A DNA stretch of 42,950 nt. Origin: an uncultured Gammaproteobacteria bacterium (GTDB taxonomy: Bacteria; Patescibacteriota; Microgenomatia; Levybacterales; UBA12049). Location: positions 1-42,950 of the forward strand of contig CAYZEE010000003.1 of the NCBI GenBank assembly GCA_964477485.1. The letters run 5' to 3'. Made by a program: the position numbers and the translations under genes. Below are positions 10,508 through 19,179 of this stretch, piece after piece (the stretch's first letter is position 1; each line of letters opens with the position of its first letter). The notes beneath the pieces are model-generated. The model was not told the origin of the DNA. It made no database searches and worked only from the letters and a program-made list of their open reading frames with translations.

Positions 10508-10559
10508 TTAGATAATCTAACTATTTGAGTATTATATAGATAATTGATAAATTTGTCAA
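10508..10559 (-). promoter_or_regulatory. Consensus sigma70 promoter with a probable MarR operator
   Basis: Minus strand TTGACA (10559-10554), 17 nt, TATAAT (10536-10531). Palindrome TTAGAT-A-ATCTAA at 10508-10520 lies between the predicted start site and the ATG. Confidence 0.8.
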
Positions 10560-10625
10560 CATCCATAGCTGACCAAAAAATGATATAATATGGGTAAACC
10601 GCCATAGCCCATATGTCAAGTAAAA

Positions 10626-10699
10626 GGCGCCTTCGTCTAGCGGTTTAGGATATCTGGTTCTCATCCAGAAGATCACGGGTTCGAATCCCGTAGGCGCTA
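10626..10699 (+). tRNA. tRNA-Glu(CTC); CCA not encoded
   Basis: Cloverleaf: acceptor GGCGCCT/AGGCGCT, D stem GTCT/GGAT, anticodon stem TCTGG/CCAGA with loop TTCTCAT, T arm ACGGG-TTCGAAT-CCCGT. Upstream TGaTATAAT at 10581-10589. Confidence 0.96.
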
Positions 10700-10876
10700 C
10701 ACAACTCATAGTATTCTACGCAACCCGAAGGCTAGACTCGTTTAGGTTGAAGCTGCTTCCTACTATTTGTTGGATTCGTTCGAAAACTGTTTCTTAATCC
10801 TGTATTGTTGAAAAATTATTCTCACATAGAACACTCTATTGAACCACGAGAAAAACATCGATGACCAGATTTGAAG

Positions 10877-12214
10877 CTATTTTTGTATGATAATCTCTCT
10901 TTGAGAAATAATAAATCGCGTTTTAATAAATGTCAGTTCTTCTTGTCTCTCCTCTGCTGTACCAATTTGTAAAACATGCATAAGATAGTTTTTTGTCATC
11001 TCCTGTTTATCTGCTGCGTTTTCAGGAATCCTATTAAACTCAGCCAAGTATCCATCAACAAATTCTTGGTGAAGTACTTGAGTTTTAAGTCTATGATACC
11101 TTTCAATATCTTCTTGAATCTTTCTATTAATGCCTGCGTGATTAAACTTAATCACATCTATCTTTGCAATAAGTTGCTTGATGAGATCTGCTTCTGTAAT
11201 ATAGGGTTCATCGCACTCATAGTCTAATGATCTTGCGCAGTGGTAGTAAACATGTTTTACAACCCTTCCATTGAGAAGTTTTCTATATTTATCCTCAGCT
11301 GTTATTCCTCCACCACATCCACCGCATTTGAAAATACTTTTGAATGGAAAGAGTTTATTCTTATATCCTTTATTCGGTTGTATTTGGAGCTGTATCTGAA
11401 CTTTGTCAAATAATTCTTTTGTAATTAAAGGGGTGTGTTTTCCTTTATACCAAGTGCCACTTCTTAGTGGAAATTCAAATTCGCCATAATAAAATGGATT
11501 TTTAAGAGTTGCATATACTTTACTTACTGCGAGTCTTTTCCCATTTCTTGTTTCAAATCCAATTCTATCAAGCCAGAGTTTTATTGTTCTTCCAGAATGC
11601 CCTTGATGCGCCATTCTTTCAAACATTTGTTTTACAAACTGTGAACGCTCTGGGTCAAGAACGATTAATTCATCAGTATGCCCATCGCCTATTTGATTTA
11701 AGTAGCCAACTGGTGCAATGCTGGGACGCCAGCCCATCAGACATTTTGCTCTCATTCCGCGTTGCACATTTACTCCTTTGTTATCATTCTCAAGCTTTGC
11801 TTGGGAACATAAAATCATCAGAAGGAATTTTTCATTTGGGCTATTGGAGAAGCTTTGCGAGTAAGTTTGAATCTTCACCAGTTTTCCCTGATCCATTAGA
11901 TCAACTACAGATCCCAAGTCTCCTGCATTACGAGAAAGCCTATCAGGTGCCCACGTGAGTATTCCATTAAATTTCTTCGACCTAACTTCTTGTAATAACT
12001 CCATGAATACAGGGCGAGTACCGGATGACTTTGCGGAGTGGCTTTCCTTTTTAACTTCTTTTATTTTGAGATTATCTCTCTTTGCTAAGGACAGCATCTC
12101 ATCAATTTGAGATTCAATTGACATTGTTTGCCGTTCATCAGATTCACTTGATTTCCTAGCATAAAGGCAATATTGAATTACTCCATTATCATGACTATCT
12201 GACTTAGTTCGCAT
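10877..12214 (-). CDS. Large serine recombinase (resolvase + recombinase + zinc-ribbon domains)
   Basis: YARKSSE catalytic Ser, SIESQ, RPVF, DRLSRNAGD, LKNPFYYG, HTPLITKELFDKVQ, FKCGGCGG...YYHC...C. Confidence 0.93.
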   Translation of the reverse strand: MRTKSDSHDNGVIQYCLYARKSSESDERQTMSIESQIDEMLSLAKRDNLKIKEVKKESHSAKSSGTRPVFMELLQEVRSKKFNGILTWAPDRLSRNAGDLGSVVDLMDQGKLVKIQTYSQSFSNSPNEKFLLMILCSQAKLENDNKGVNVQRGMRAKCLMGWRPSIAPVGYLNQIGDGHTDELIVLDPERSQFVKQMFERMAHQGHSGRTIKLWLDRIGFETRNGKRLAVSKVYATLKNPFYYGEFEFPLRSGTWYKGKHTPLITKELFDKVQIQLQIQPNKGYKNKLFPFKSIFKCGGCGGGITAEDKYRKLLNGRVVKHVYYHCARSLDYECDEPYITEADLIKQLIAKIDVIKFNHAGINRKIQEDIERYHRLKTQVLHQEFVDGYLAEFNRIPENAADKQEMTKNYLMHVLQIGTAEERQEELTFIKTRFIISQREIIIQK

Positions 12215-12319
12215 ATTATTTGTACTCTACTATTATTAACGGTAAAGTACCGCAAATAGAGGTGGAAGTCTAGTAGCAAAATGCTAGCAGAAAAAGACAA
12301 GATTCTGTATACTGCAACA

Positions 12320-12880
12320 ATGCAAAACTTTAAATATCCAGCCACTTTTGTTCCCGATCATGAAGAATCTTATACACTAAACGGAGTTGAATATACATTA
12401 CCTGCAACAACTTTAGCATTCAAAAAGTGGGAGGGTGCTAGTATAAAAAATACGTTTGGCGGAAAACCATTAGTAAATTATGATGAAATCCCAATGTTTG
12501 CAGAACTTGCAATACAACGTACTATTTTAAAAAATGGCTGGTCAGCGAGATGGGTGGAAACATATGCTTCAAAAGGGAATAATCCATATTATTTTGTTAA
12601 CTGGTTGGATGCACCATTAACTCAACAGGCAGTTGAACCATTAAATGACCTGCACCATCAAAACCTCCTAGCAAAAATAGCAGTTCAAAATGGTAATTCA
12701 TATTCAGGCTGTTGGGACATACTTGCTTGGAAAGATAAAAGAACACTATTTTTAGAATCTAAAAGATTTAAAAAAGATAGTATTCGTAATACCCAACTTC
12801 ATTGGCTAAAGGCTGCATTGGATTCAGGGTTAGCTCTGAATAATTTTCTTATTGTGCAGTGGGACTTTAAGACTACTTGA
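12320..12880 (+). CDS. Stand-alone VRR-NUC-like PD-(D/E)XK nuclease
   Basis: GCWDILAW...FLESK...DSIRNTQLHWL matches the VRR-NUC pattern. Start placed at ATG 12320 because TATACT lies 6 nt upstream (track start 12281). Confidence 0.7.
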   Translation: MQNFKYPATFVPDHEESYTLNGVEYTLPATTLAFKKWEGASIKNTFGGKPLVNYDEIPMFAELAIQRTILKNGWSARWVETYASKGNNPYYFVNWLDAPLTQQAVEPLNDLHHQNLLAKIAVQNGNSYSGCWDILAWKDKRTLFLESKRFKKDSIRNTQLHWLKAALDSGLALNNFLIVQWDFKTT

Positions 12881-12892
12881 GTGATAATTGCC

Positions 12893-14371
12893 TTATCTAT
12901 TGAATGAAAGCCCATTCCGTACAGGGGTATCAAATTCAAGCCACGTAACATTAGGTTCTGCCTTATTCAACTCTTCCATTAATTTGATACAGACCATTGT
13001 AAATGCGTCCATTAAATCATCATGCCTATATGTTCCATAATATAAAATTTGTTTTATTAATTCTTCGCATCCTTCTTCTGGAAATAATATTTTTCCATCT
13101 CTCATCCATGAACTTACCGCTTCAAGTCTTTTTTCCTTTGCAACAGTTACTCTTACATCTTCAAGCGTAATTCCCTGTTGTTCTAATTCTTGAATAACTG
13201 CCGGCTGAAAACCATTTGCTTCACAATAAAACGTCGAAGATATTCCTCCACCAATACTGTTATATAAAAGTTTAATTTGATCAAGAAGCTCTGGGAAGTC
13301 ATATTTATCATTAATTGGATATGGTTGAATAAAAATATATGGTTTTCCATCCATTTTATATGCTTTTGTTGTAACCATTGCTGTATAATCCGATCCTGTC
13401 TTTTTTGATATTGCTACATCAATACCAACTCCCGTATTTACAAGGTAATAATTTGATAACATTTGGTCGTAACGATGAATCCATTCAGGTTTGATAATTG
13501 CGCTAATTGCTGCTTGGGGGTTTAGCATGTACTCACTTTCCCAAGCTCTATCACTGGCAATATTTTGCTTTTCTTCCTCAATTATTTTTTTGTCAGGATA
13601 TCTTCCTTTCCAGGTAATTCTTCCACCTGGAGAAATAATGGGATATCTACGGACAACTCCTTTTTGTTTTTTCTCAAGAATGCGAGTAGCCAGTCTTCCA
13701 ATTAGATCATCGGGGTGAAGTTGCGTCCCAACGATAATAAAGCGAAACTTTTTTGCTTTTAATGAGTAGACATCTCTTGTGTACCAAGTAAATAATTTTT
13801 CACGACCTTCCACCGTGTTTGTGTCTTCTAGACCCTCAACGTCATCTAAAAGAATAACCTCAGGTCTTACATTTCCTTCTCTAATGCCACGAATGTTTTG
13901 TTCAACCGAGGCAACAGTAATACGCGCATCGTAATCTTTTAGATAAATAGTATATGATGACATTTCTGAATTATCTTCAGTAAATGGGCCAGCATCAGCT
14001 TTTAATAGAGAGTTATATTCTAGTTCGCGAGTGAGGTTTTTTGTAATATATTTTGCTTGCATTTGCGTTTTGGTAAAGATAAGGACAAAATGCTTTTTTT
14101 GCTTACCAAGAATTGACCAAAGAACGTAACAAAGACTAAAGATAGTTGACTTACCACATCCTCTAAACCCAAGAATAATTGAAAGGGGAATTTTATCATT
14201 TTCAGCGATCCGGAAGAACTCATAGTGAAATGAGGCAAGAGGGACATCAAAGTGATGCGATAAATATATGGCGAAAAAATAACCAATTTTTTCACTAGAT
14301 AGTCGTTTTCTTAGCTCCTGGTCATGGGCAATTTGTAGCATTTGTTCTTTTGTTAGTAGTTGTGTTTTCAT
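12893..14371 (-). CDS. Phage terminase large subunit-like protein
   Basis: Walker A GFRGCGKST, IRGIR, Walker B ILLDDVE, IVGTQLHPDDL, SEYMLNP; RNase H-like nuclease GIDVA...SDYTA, CEANGFQ, KEKR, HDDLMDA. Confidence 0.88.
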   Translation of the reverse strand: MKTQLLTKEQMLQIAHDQELRKRLSSEKIGYFFAIYLSHHFDVPLASFHYEFFRIAENDKIPLSIILGFRGCGKSTIFSLCYVLWSILGKQKKHFVLIFTKTQMQAKYITKNLTRELEYNSLLKADAGPFTEDNSEMSSYTIYLKDYDARITVASVEQNIRGIREGNVRPEVILLDDVEGLEDTNTVEGREKLFTWYTRDVYSLKAKKFRFIIVGTQLHPDDLIGRLATRILEKKQKGVVRRYPIISPGGRITWKGRYPDKKIIEEEKQNIASDRAWESEYMLNPQAAISAIIKPEWIHRYDQMLSNYYLVNTGVGIDVAISKKTGSDYTAMVTTKAYKMDGKPYIFIQPYPINDKYDFPELLDQIKLLYNSIGGGISSTFYCEANGFQPAVIQELEQQGITLEDVRVTVAKEKRLEAVSSWMRDGKILFPEEGCEELIKQILYYGTYRHDDLMDAFTMVCIKLMEELNKAEPNVTWLEFDTPVRNGLSFNR

Positions 14372-14376
14372 ATATA

Positions 14377-14769
14377 TTATTTAGATTTTTGTAGCATAGT
14401 TAATGCTTTTACGATAAGCTGCTCTTGTTCCTCGGTTAGCTTATATTCATGTTGTACATTTCCGAGTAGCTCGACACGAGTTGAATAATCTGTATGGTGA
14501 TGCTTTAGCCAAAAGATGACAGCAGTAAGTTCTCTTTCACGAATTGCTGATATTAACTGTGACTCCGCCAAGTCATTTATAAGCTGTTTTCCGTTTGCCA
14601 GCGCTTCATCGGTTTCTTTTTCAAATGCTTCATCAAGTTTTCGCCATCTGTAGTATGTTGCCCTGCTAATTCCTGTTTTCTCACAAACAATATGAACAAT
14701 TGGCGTTTTCTTAAGCATCTCAACTATTTTTTGTTTTTCTTTTTCTTGTCGATTTGTAATACTATTCAT
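14377..14769 (-). CDS. HTH protein (phBC6A51-like), putative small terminase
   Basis: HTH VCEKTGISRATYYRWRKLDEAF, DLAESQL, AVIFWLK; lies directly upstream of the TerL gene. Confidence 0.72.
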   Translation of the reverse strand: MNSITNRQEKEKQKIVEMLKKTPIVHIVCEKTGISRATYYRWRKLDEAFEKETDEALANGKQLINDLAESQLISAIRERELTAVIFWLKHHHTDYSTRVELLGNVQHEYKLTEEQEQLIVKALTMLQKSK

Positions 14770-16103
14770 GATATTTTTACTCCTTTTTTACCAGATAGAT
14801 TTTCCCAGCGTTTTTTAATCACTTCGGCATAGACAGGAGACTTTTCCATAACATAACAGCGGCGCTTCAATTTCTCAGCTGCAATAAGAGTTGAACCACT
14901 ACCACCAAATGGTTCAACAATTAAGTCTCCTCGTTTTGTTAATACTTTTATGTATGGAATTAAAATCTCAACTGGTTTAGTGCCAAACACTACTCCTTGC
15001 CCGGAGTTTTTCTCATCAGATGATCGAAATTCAATAAAATCTGTTGGTTGAGTCTTTTTACCTTTTTGGTACCCCTCCCAGTGGGGTTTTCCAGCTATTG
15101 CGTAAAGTGCTGTTTCATACTCTTCTTGTAGTCCATCAGCTTCTTGCTCAAGATTAAATGGAATGTCAGCTTTTGGTGATGCACCAACCATTGCAATATC
15201 GTGTTTTGAGAAGAACTTGTATTTTGCAGCAAAGCCTTGATGTCTGTTTGGTAAGTGCCAAACAAGCATGTTTTTTATTTTCCAGTACTTTTTCATTTCA
15301 CCCCAAATAATAGGAATATTTCGCCAGTTCTCATACACGATTATTGAGAAATTTTCTTTTTGTACCTTGGCTATATTTGCCATCCACTTCTCAGTAAAGT
15401 CAGGAGGCAGTACATCTGTTTCTAAATACTTTCTGTCTCGTTTGTACCCAAATCCTTCTGTGGGTTTACCATTTCTTTTTTTGCCATGTAAATAGTCCAG
15501 CAAATACGGCGGATCGGTAAAACACATTTCAGCTTTTTCTCCATTCATTAACTTTAACAATTCATACTCTATTGTTGAATCTCCGCACATAAGCTTACTG
15601 TCTCCCAGTTGCCATACATCACCTTTTTGGATTTCAATATTGCCAATGTGCATTTTCTTAAGTTCTTTTGCCAAATCAAATACTTCAGGCGTTTCGTCAA
15701 AACCAAATATGTGATCTAGCTCTTCGCTGCTAAATCCAACATCGTTTAAAAGAGAGGAATCAAAATCCGAAAGCAAACTCCAATCCCACTCTCCAGTATT
15801 CCTGTTAAGTCGAAGATTTAATTCCTTTTCTTTGGCTATATCTGAAATGTTGAGGTAAACAACCGGTACGTTTGAATATCCGAGATCTTTGGCAATCTTG
15901 AGCCTAAAGTGACCACCTATTACAATGTTTTTTCTGTTTGGTGCATTGTTGACAATTATTGGATCAACTAAGCCAAAGCGGGTAATGCTTTCAGTCAATT
16001 GCTTCTCCGCTTCCTTATCCCATTTTCTTGGGTTGTATGGCGCAGGGTTTAGTCCCGAAATTGCTACTTGTTGTATTTTTATGTTGTTCATATCTCTTTC
16101 CAT
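14766..16103 (-). CDS. ParB/Srx-domain fused amino-DNA methyltransferase (beta-class motif order)
   Basis: N-terminal LNPAPYNPR...SITRFGLVDPIIVN...IGGHFRL...LNRNTGEWD; GDVWQLG..KLMCGDST; FTDPPY precedes EPFGGSGSTLIAA. Start ATG 16103 has TATAAT 5 nt upstream. Confidence 0.9.
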   Translation of the reverse strand: MERDMNNIKIQQVAISGLNPAPYNPRKWDKEAEKQLTESITRFGLVDPIIVNNAPNRKNIVIGGHFRLKIAKDLGYSNVPVVYLNISDIAKEKELNLRLNRNTGEWDWSLLSDFDSSLLNDVGFSSEELDHIFGFDETPEVFDLAKELKKMHIGNIEIQKGDVWQLGDSKLMCGDSTIEYELLKLMNGEKAEMCFTDPPYLLDYLHGKKRNGKPTEGFGYKRDRKYLETDVLPPDFTEKWMANIAKVQKENFSIIVYENWRNIPIIWGEMKKYWKIKNMLVWHLPNRHQGFAAKYKFFSKHDIAMVGASPKADIPFNLEQEADGLQEEYETALYAIAGKPHWEGYQKGKKTQPTDFIEFRSSDEKNSGQGVVFGTKPVEILIPYIKVLTKRGDLIVEPFGGSGSTLIAAEKLKRRCYVMEKSPVYAEVIKKRWENLSGKKGVKIS

Positions 16104-16225
16104 ATTCAATTATATTGAGTTTTCTAATGGGACTTATACATTTTTCAAAAAGCCAATTTTTGAGTTTTGAGGCTAAAAGAAAATTTTGGTATACTTTGAT
16201 ACACTTTATAAATTAAGATTATGTA

Positions 16226-16285
16226 TTGACAAGACAAACGAGAAGTATTAAAATAGGTTAAGTAAAAATAGTTTACTATACCTAT
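16226..16285 (+). promoter_or_regulatory. sigma70 promoter of the defence operon with an overlapping inverted repeat
   Basis: TTGACA (16226-16231), 17 nt, TAAAAT (16249-16254). Inverted repeat ATAGGTTAAGTAAA-N5-TTTACTATACCTAT (16253-16285, 12/14 paired) ends at the hsdM ATG. Confidence 0.75.
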
Positions 16286-18019
16286 ATGTCATTGCCAAAT
16301 TGGATACATTCGCGATATTTAGCTCTTGCAGACCAATATAAAGAAGGAAGCTTCGGTTTTGAAGAGGCAGTGCAAGTATTGCAAAAACGCTTCGGAGACA
16401 AGGAAGATCAGGTCAAGTTGGTCATGTCTGAATTACGAAAAGCCCACTTTATTGATGTTGCCAGAAACGATGAAGATTCTCGTAAGAAAGTTTATACATT
16501 AACATCAGTATCGAATCAAAAAGAAAAAGGAAAATTAACCCGGGGTGACATCGACAGAGTTTTAAAAAAAGCTGCAGATCTTATAAGGACACGCGTCGAC
16601 TACTCATTCATCCTTTTACTTCTCTTCTACAAGCGATTCAGTGATCAATGGAACGTTGAGTACCGTAAAGCCTATCAGGAAGCGATACAAGATAAATTTT
16701 CAGATAAAGAAGCCGAAACAGAAGCAAAAAAGTCCGCCTATCACAGAATTAACATACCTGATGAGTACTCTTGGGAAGCGATTAGAAAAGATACTCTTAA
16801 GATATCCGAGAATTTTTCTCAGGCAATAAAAAGCCTTGCAGATCTCAATCCTACACTCAAAGAAACTTTTCAGCAGTTTGATTTTTCTGACTTTACTCGC
16901 AATCCGGAGAACAACGAGATTCTTCGTCAGCTTGTAGAGCTATTTAGCTCATACTCCTTCGAAAATGTATCGCCGGATATTTTGGGAGATGCTTATGAAT
17001 GGATACTTCGATATTTCGCTCCACAAAAGGCAAAAGAAGGTGAAGTTTTCACGCCCAGGGAAGTTATTCAATTAATGGTTGAACTTCTCGATCCCCAAGA
17101 GGGAGAAAGCGTATATGATCCGGCCGCGGGATCATCCGGAATGCTTATAGCAGCATATAAATATGTTGAAGAGAAGCATTCCAAAGCAAAAGCAGATTCT
17201 TTGTATTTGTATGGTCAGGAACAAAACCCAAAAACTCTCTCGCTTGCAAAAATGAATCTTCTTATTCACGACATTACAAATGGGCTTATGGCTCAGGGTG
17301 ACACACTAAGATTTCCAAAATTTAAGGATGGCGACACATATAAAAGATTCGTGCATGTTTTGGCAAATCCCCCCTGGAATCAAGATGGATATGATGAGCA
17401 AATCTTAAAACAATCAGAATATTGGCGTGACAGATTTCCTTATGGATTTACGTCCATGCAATCAGCAGATTTTGCATGGTTGCAGCATATGATAGCTTCG
17501 AGTAAGAAAAAAGTTGCGGTTATATTAGATACTGGAGCGATAACAAGAGGTGGTAAGGAAAAAGCCATAAGACAAAAGATTGTCGAGATGGACCTTATTG
17601 AAGCGGTCATACTCTTGCCGGAAAAACTATTTTATAACACAACAGCTCCTGGAATAATCTTAGTTATAAATAAGAAAAAAAGTGAAATTCTTAAGCATAA
17701 AATAAAATTTATCAACGCTTCATTAGAATTTACTGCAGGCAAGCCACTAAATACACTTAGTGAGAAGAATATTGAGAGCATTTTAGATGCCTTTAACTCA
17801 GATAAAGATGAAAAAAATATTAGTAAAATCATTTCCTTAAAAAAAATTAAGAAGGAAAATTTTAATTTGTCACCATCAGTATATGTTGACCTTACAAAAA
17901 CAAAAGTACATCGTGAAAAAGAAGAAATAATGTCTGAATTAGAAGTTTTAGAAGAAGAAAGCCAGAAAGCATATCAAAATATTAAAAAGCTTTTTAGCAA
18001 TAAGAACAATGAAAAATAG
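16286..18019 (+). CDS. hsdM: Type I R-M methyltransferase subunit with an N-terminal winged-helix extension
   Basis: KAADLIR, DILGDAYEWIL, GEVFTPREV, YDPAAGSSGML, YGQE, LANPPWN. The first ~75 aa look like a wHTH. Confidence 0.95.
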   Translation: MSLPNWIHSRYLALADQYKEGSFGFEEAVQVLQKRFGDKEDQVKLVMSELRKAHFIDVARNDEDSRKKVYTLTSVSNQKEKGKLTRGDIDRVLKKAADLIRTRVDYSFILLLLFYKRFSDQWNVEYRKAYQEAIQDKFSDKEAETEAKKSAYHRINIPDEYSWEAIRKDTLKISENFSQAIKSLADLNPTLKETFQQFDFSDFTRNPENNEILRQLVELFSSYSFENVSPDILGDAYEWILRYFAPQKAKEGEVFTPREVIQLMVELLDPQEGESVYDPAAGSSGMLIAAYKYVEEKHSKAKADSLYLYGQEQNPKTLSLAKMNLLIHDITNGLMAQGDTLRFPKFKDGDTYKRFVHVLANPPWNQDGYDEQILKQSEYWRDRFPYGFTSMQSADFAWLQHMIASSKKKVAVILDTGAITRGGKEKAIRQKIVEMDLIEAVILLPEKLFYNTTAPGIILVINKKKSEILKHKIKFINASLEFTAGKPLNTLSEKNIESILDAFNSDKDEKNISKIISLKKIKKENFNLSPSVYVDLTKTKVHREKEEIMSELEVLEEESQKAYQNIKKLFSNKNNEK

Positions 18020-19178
18020 CAACTTAAATACTAAAAAAAAATTTACCTTACTTGGCGAACTTATTACACTGCGGAAAGGAGTAAAGCCAGATTTAGTGAA
18101 GTCTAATGGGATTAACTGCTTGCCTTACCTATCTGCCGATTATTTTAGGACAGGAATCGCCCAAAGCTATGTAGACATAGAAGAATCTAACCGCTCTGTA
18201 AAACTTAATAAAGAAGATGTGGCGCTTATCTGGGATGGATCTAATGCAGGCGAGGTTTTTAGTGGATTAGAAGGTGTTTTATCATCAACTATGGTGAAGG
18301 TAGAGCCAACAAATGGAATGCTGAAGCCTCTTCTTTATTACTTTTTGAAAACACAGTTTAATACATTAAATAGTAAAACTACTGGAACGACTATTCCGCA
18401 TGTTAGCCGTGATGCATTAACAAAACTACAATTGTATGTACCTAATTCTTCAGATCAGCAAAAGATAGTTTCAATCCTATCAGAAATAGAAAAGGCAATA
18501 ACCACTGAAAATAAACTTTTAGCCACATATAAAGAGTTAAAAATGACTTTAATGTCGACGCTTTTTACTCAAAATGACGGTGGTTTCATAACGCGCAAAT
18601 TGTCAGAAATAGCAAAAATTGAAAGAGGTAAATTCGCGCATCGGCCTAGAAATGATCCCGAATTTTACGGAGGCAATATACCTTTTATACAAACCGGGGA
18701 CGTAACGTCTTCAAATGGTTATGTAAAAAACTATTCACAGACACTAAACGAAAAGGGATTGGCAGTTAGCAGAATGTTTTCAAAGGGAACAATTGTCATA
18801 ACAATTGCTGCCAATATTGGATACACAGGGATATTAGAGTTTGAAAGCGCGTTTCCAGACAGTTTAGTCGGTATTTCTCCAAATGTTAACCTGATTGATA
18901 CTGAATATCTAAATTATTATTTACAGTCGCAGCAGCCCGTAATGGACAGTCTTGCACCTAGAGGCACTCAGAAGAATATTAATATTCAATTCTTGCTCCC
19001 CTGGCCAGTCCCTGTAACCACAATGGAAAAACAAAAAAACGCAGTAGCTCTGCTTAAAGATGTCGATAGAAAAATTACGCTTTGCCAAAAAAAGAAAATT
19101 GCATATCATGAGTTATTTAATTCCGTTTCATACTCACTATTAATAAAAGGGGAGGATTTACAAATTTACAATATCTGA
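18009..19178 (+). CDS. hsdS: Type I R-M specificity subunit
   Basis: Two TRDs (GTTIPHVS; GNIPFIQTGDV...GTQKNIN), each followed by a helical spacer (QQKIVSIL...); lies between hsdM and hsdR. Confidence 0.92.
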   Translation: MKNSNLNTKKKFTLLGELITLRKGVKPDLVKSNGINCLPYLSADYFRTGIAQSYVDIEESNRSVKLNKEDVALIWDGSNAGEVFSGLEGVLSSTMVKVEPTNGMLKPLLYYFLKTQFNTLNSKTTGTTIPHVSRDALTKLQLYVPNSSDQQKIVSILSEIEKAITTENKLLATYKELKMTLMSTLFTQNDGGFITRKLSEIAKIERGKFAHRPRNDPEFYGGNIPFIQTGDVTSSNGYVKNYSQTLNEKGLAVSRMFSKGTIVITIAANIGYTGILEFESAFPDSLVGISPNVNLIDTEYLNYYLQSQQPVMDSLAPRGTQKNINIQFLLPWPVPVTTMEKQKNAVALLKDVDRKITLCQKKKIAYHELFNSVSYSLLIKGEDLQIYNI

Positions 19179-19179
19179 T

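Noticed and set aside
10521-10709. 62-aa minus-strand ORF (VAPTGFEPV...)
   Set aside because: It is the antisense translation of the tRNA-Glu gene.
18033-18041. A9 tract at the start of hsdS as a phase-variation switch
   Set aside because: Runs of 8-9 A are frequent across this AT-rich window and the frame is intact.
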